Source: Phoronis australis (taxonomy: Eukaryota; Animalia; Phoronida). Taken from it: 64,000 bases of DNA. The stretch is taken from NCBI GenBank assembly GCA_002633005.1, contig NMRA01000089.1, positions 986,372-1,050,371 of the forward strand, read 5' to 3'. Position 1 is the first letter of the stretch. Each line of letters starts with the position of its first letter. Below, one piece after another: positions 61,801-64,000 of this stretch. The position numbers and the translations under genes are program-made. The notes below the pieces were generated by a model, which saw only the letters and a program-made list of their open reading frames with translations, was not told the DNA's origin and made no database searches.

Positions 61801-64000
61801 ATTCATAGATGTAAACACCATTCTTCTAAGTGGTTTTGAGGAATCTCGGATTTTATGAAGTCATTTTGCATCAACTACGCGGATGATACAATACACATGT
61901 GACGAAGGTACCTTCATCGTAGCTCATTTCTGAATTTGTGCACGTTCGGATTATGGGAGACGCGTCCAACTTTTCTGTCCCATTTATCAAATTTTTTTGA
62001 ACTTACGGTAAACCTACACATGTTCGGCAATAATCTCGAAAAGTCCGTCCATTCCCATATTTGGACACTACGTCTAATTCCTAGTGGACGTTGGTCTCAA
62101 GTAGTCGCGCAGACCAAAATTTGAATCAAAAATTGATCATGCATCATGTCGTGAACACATCCACTAAAACAAGATACTGTAGGAACACCGCATTTATCCA
62201 CCTTCACTCTTATCAGGCTTCTATTGTGAGTCAGCATGCGTTAATAATTGGCTCATAACGCAAAGTTGTGGTGAGGACTCCATTGGGACCTCAGGGGTCT
62301 CACGCTCCACCGGCTAATTTGAAAAGGCTTTGTCCAGTCACGCGTTGTGGGTAATGAATCGAGATAATGATACCAACAGCCGACGCGACAAGCAGAACTA
62401 CTTTCTTTTACTTCATTTGTGCACTAACTGGAGAAATTTAGAATTAGACTTTTAAACACTATCCGATCTTCAACTTTTTTCGGGAGACTTAAACCTCAGT
62501 GTAGTTTGCGCAAAGACGATGTGCAATTTTGGAGGTGTATTGACGATGATCAACGTTAAAACGGAGAGCAAATAAGTGCGTAATTGATCATCCAATCGGT
62601 AGTTTTGCGAGAAAGCGACGACCTTGCCGAAATTGAATGACGGAAACCCTTGAAAATCATTATAAGCAAGAAAGAGAAAACAAATATTTTCTGACGTTTA
62701 GGCTCATTAACTTTGAGTAACCGAAACGTCGCAAATATGTTCCGTCTTCTCTTGCGCGCTCATAATCAGATTCCTATAACTAGTGTTATGGCCAAAAACC
62801 GAGTTAGGAAACATCTAGACTAAAATCTTGATGGTATCTTATTTTGCCAGCGACCATACACGGTATAAAAATGAATGAAAAGCTGAATTAGGCGAAACTT
62901 GACTTGCTGGAATTCTCGTCAAGGAACGCATAAATATCACCATCATCTTCATGTCAAAATTGCCAACTAAAACTCGAGGGGGAGGGCACGAACCTTACAT
63001 CCTGGTACGCGTTTTCGTTAACGAACTTCAAAAAATAGAGCATGGTGGAGTGTTTGAAAGAGCCAAAATCCATCCAAGTCGAAGTGGCCATAACGGAGCG
63101 ATATGGAGATTTAAAATGACGTGATTTATCCATTTTTTCAGTTGCTGTGTACCTAAATTAACTGGCACAGAAAAAATGACTTAGGCCTACAGTACGATTT
63201 TCTGAAACGTACCTCAGCGAAATCGTCAAAGAAAAAAGCGCCACTTGCCACCTAAAACGGACAAAAACAACCAAAGCGCGCAACGCGTCGCTTACCTGAA
63301 AAAGTAACTCTTTCACTTGTTTTTTGTGGTTAAACATGTGATGTGTACCCATATTTTTGGTCGTGGCCCCCTACAACGGGCTACTACTTCAAATGACACG
63401 TATATACTGTCGATGTCAAAATTTAACTGCCCCACCGGTTCCCAGGGTTTCATGTTTTGTAAGTTAAAATGATTGTATCAACTTAGGAATAAATGAGAGT
63501 TACAGGCACTGCGTTCACAAAGAGTAAGAAAACAAAAACCCAGCGGCATACGATCATCTCGCTTTAACAATGCATTGTGCGCATTCCACATAAATGAAAA
63601 TAAGTGTAAGATTTCGGAATAGTGTAATATGTATTGTACATGAGAATTTCAAACGTTAACATGACTATGGGAAAAGCAATAAGGGACACAGGCTCTAGCG
63701 ATGATAAACTCTTCAGTATAAATATTATACTTCACAGGATGAGCGAACCATGCACTAAGCACTGTTGAGATAACCTACCGAAATCTTTTAAACTAACAAT
63801 TATAAACTCTGCAATATAAACAATACACTTTATACAATGAACATGTAACAAATATACACACCCAAATAGTGTTACATGCAATCCCTGATAAGATCATCCA
63901 TAAGTATGAATCCCTCCTTGTAAACAATAACTCACCTGGTGAGCAAAATATTTAAAGTGGGACTTAACTACAACATAGGAACCTTCAAAATTTGTATCAT

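Overview
AT-rich, repeat-dense animal genomic DNA that looks invertebrate (possibly lophotrochozoan; taxon not determinable). It has two N gaps and three single-N joins. Almost all ORFs in the supplied track are spurious. The left ~29 kb is a stack of nested transposons inside a ~21-kb-period tandem duplication. It holds four full or partial copies of a non-autonomous TIR element with TA target duplications, one inserted into another copy of itself, plus Helentron/HINE-like repeats, an ISL2EU-type element with THAP and SAP remnants, MITEs, a LINE tail, and a 0.5-kb insertion encoding a compact ubiquitin-specific-protease (USP) His-box fragment missing from the ORF track. The right half contains one spliced + strand gene, read by hand from splice signals (30531-61325). 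It has a single V-type Ig exon, then alternating 48-51 nt and 33-36 nt phase-1 microexons encoding a Pro/Thr/Ser/Gly stalk built by triplication of an exon pair, then a last exon resembling a GPI-anchor signal. Its introns carry a decayed Gypsy element, a Tx1/L1 LINE split by a 7.9-kb foldback-like element, and SINE-like repeats. All calls are from manual reading; no searches were run.
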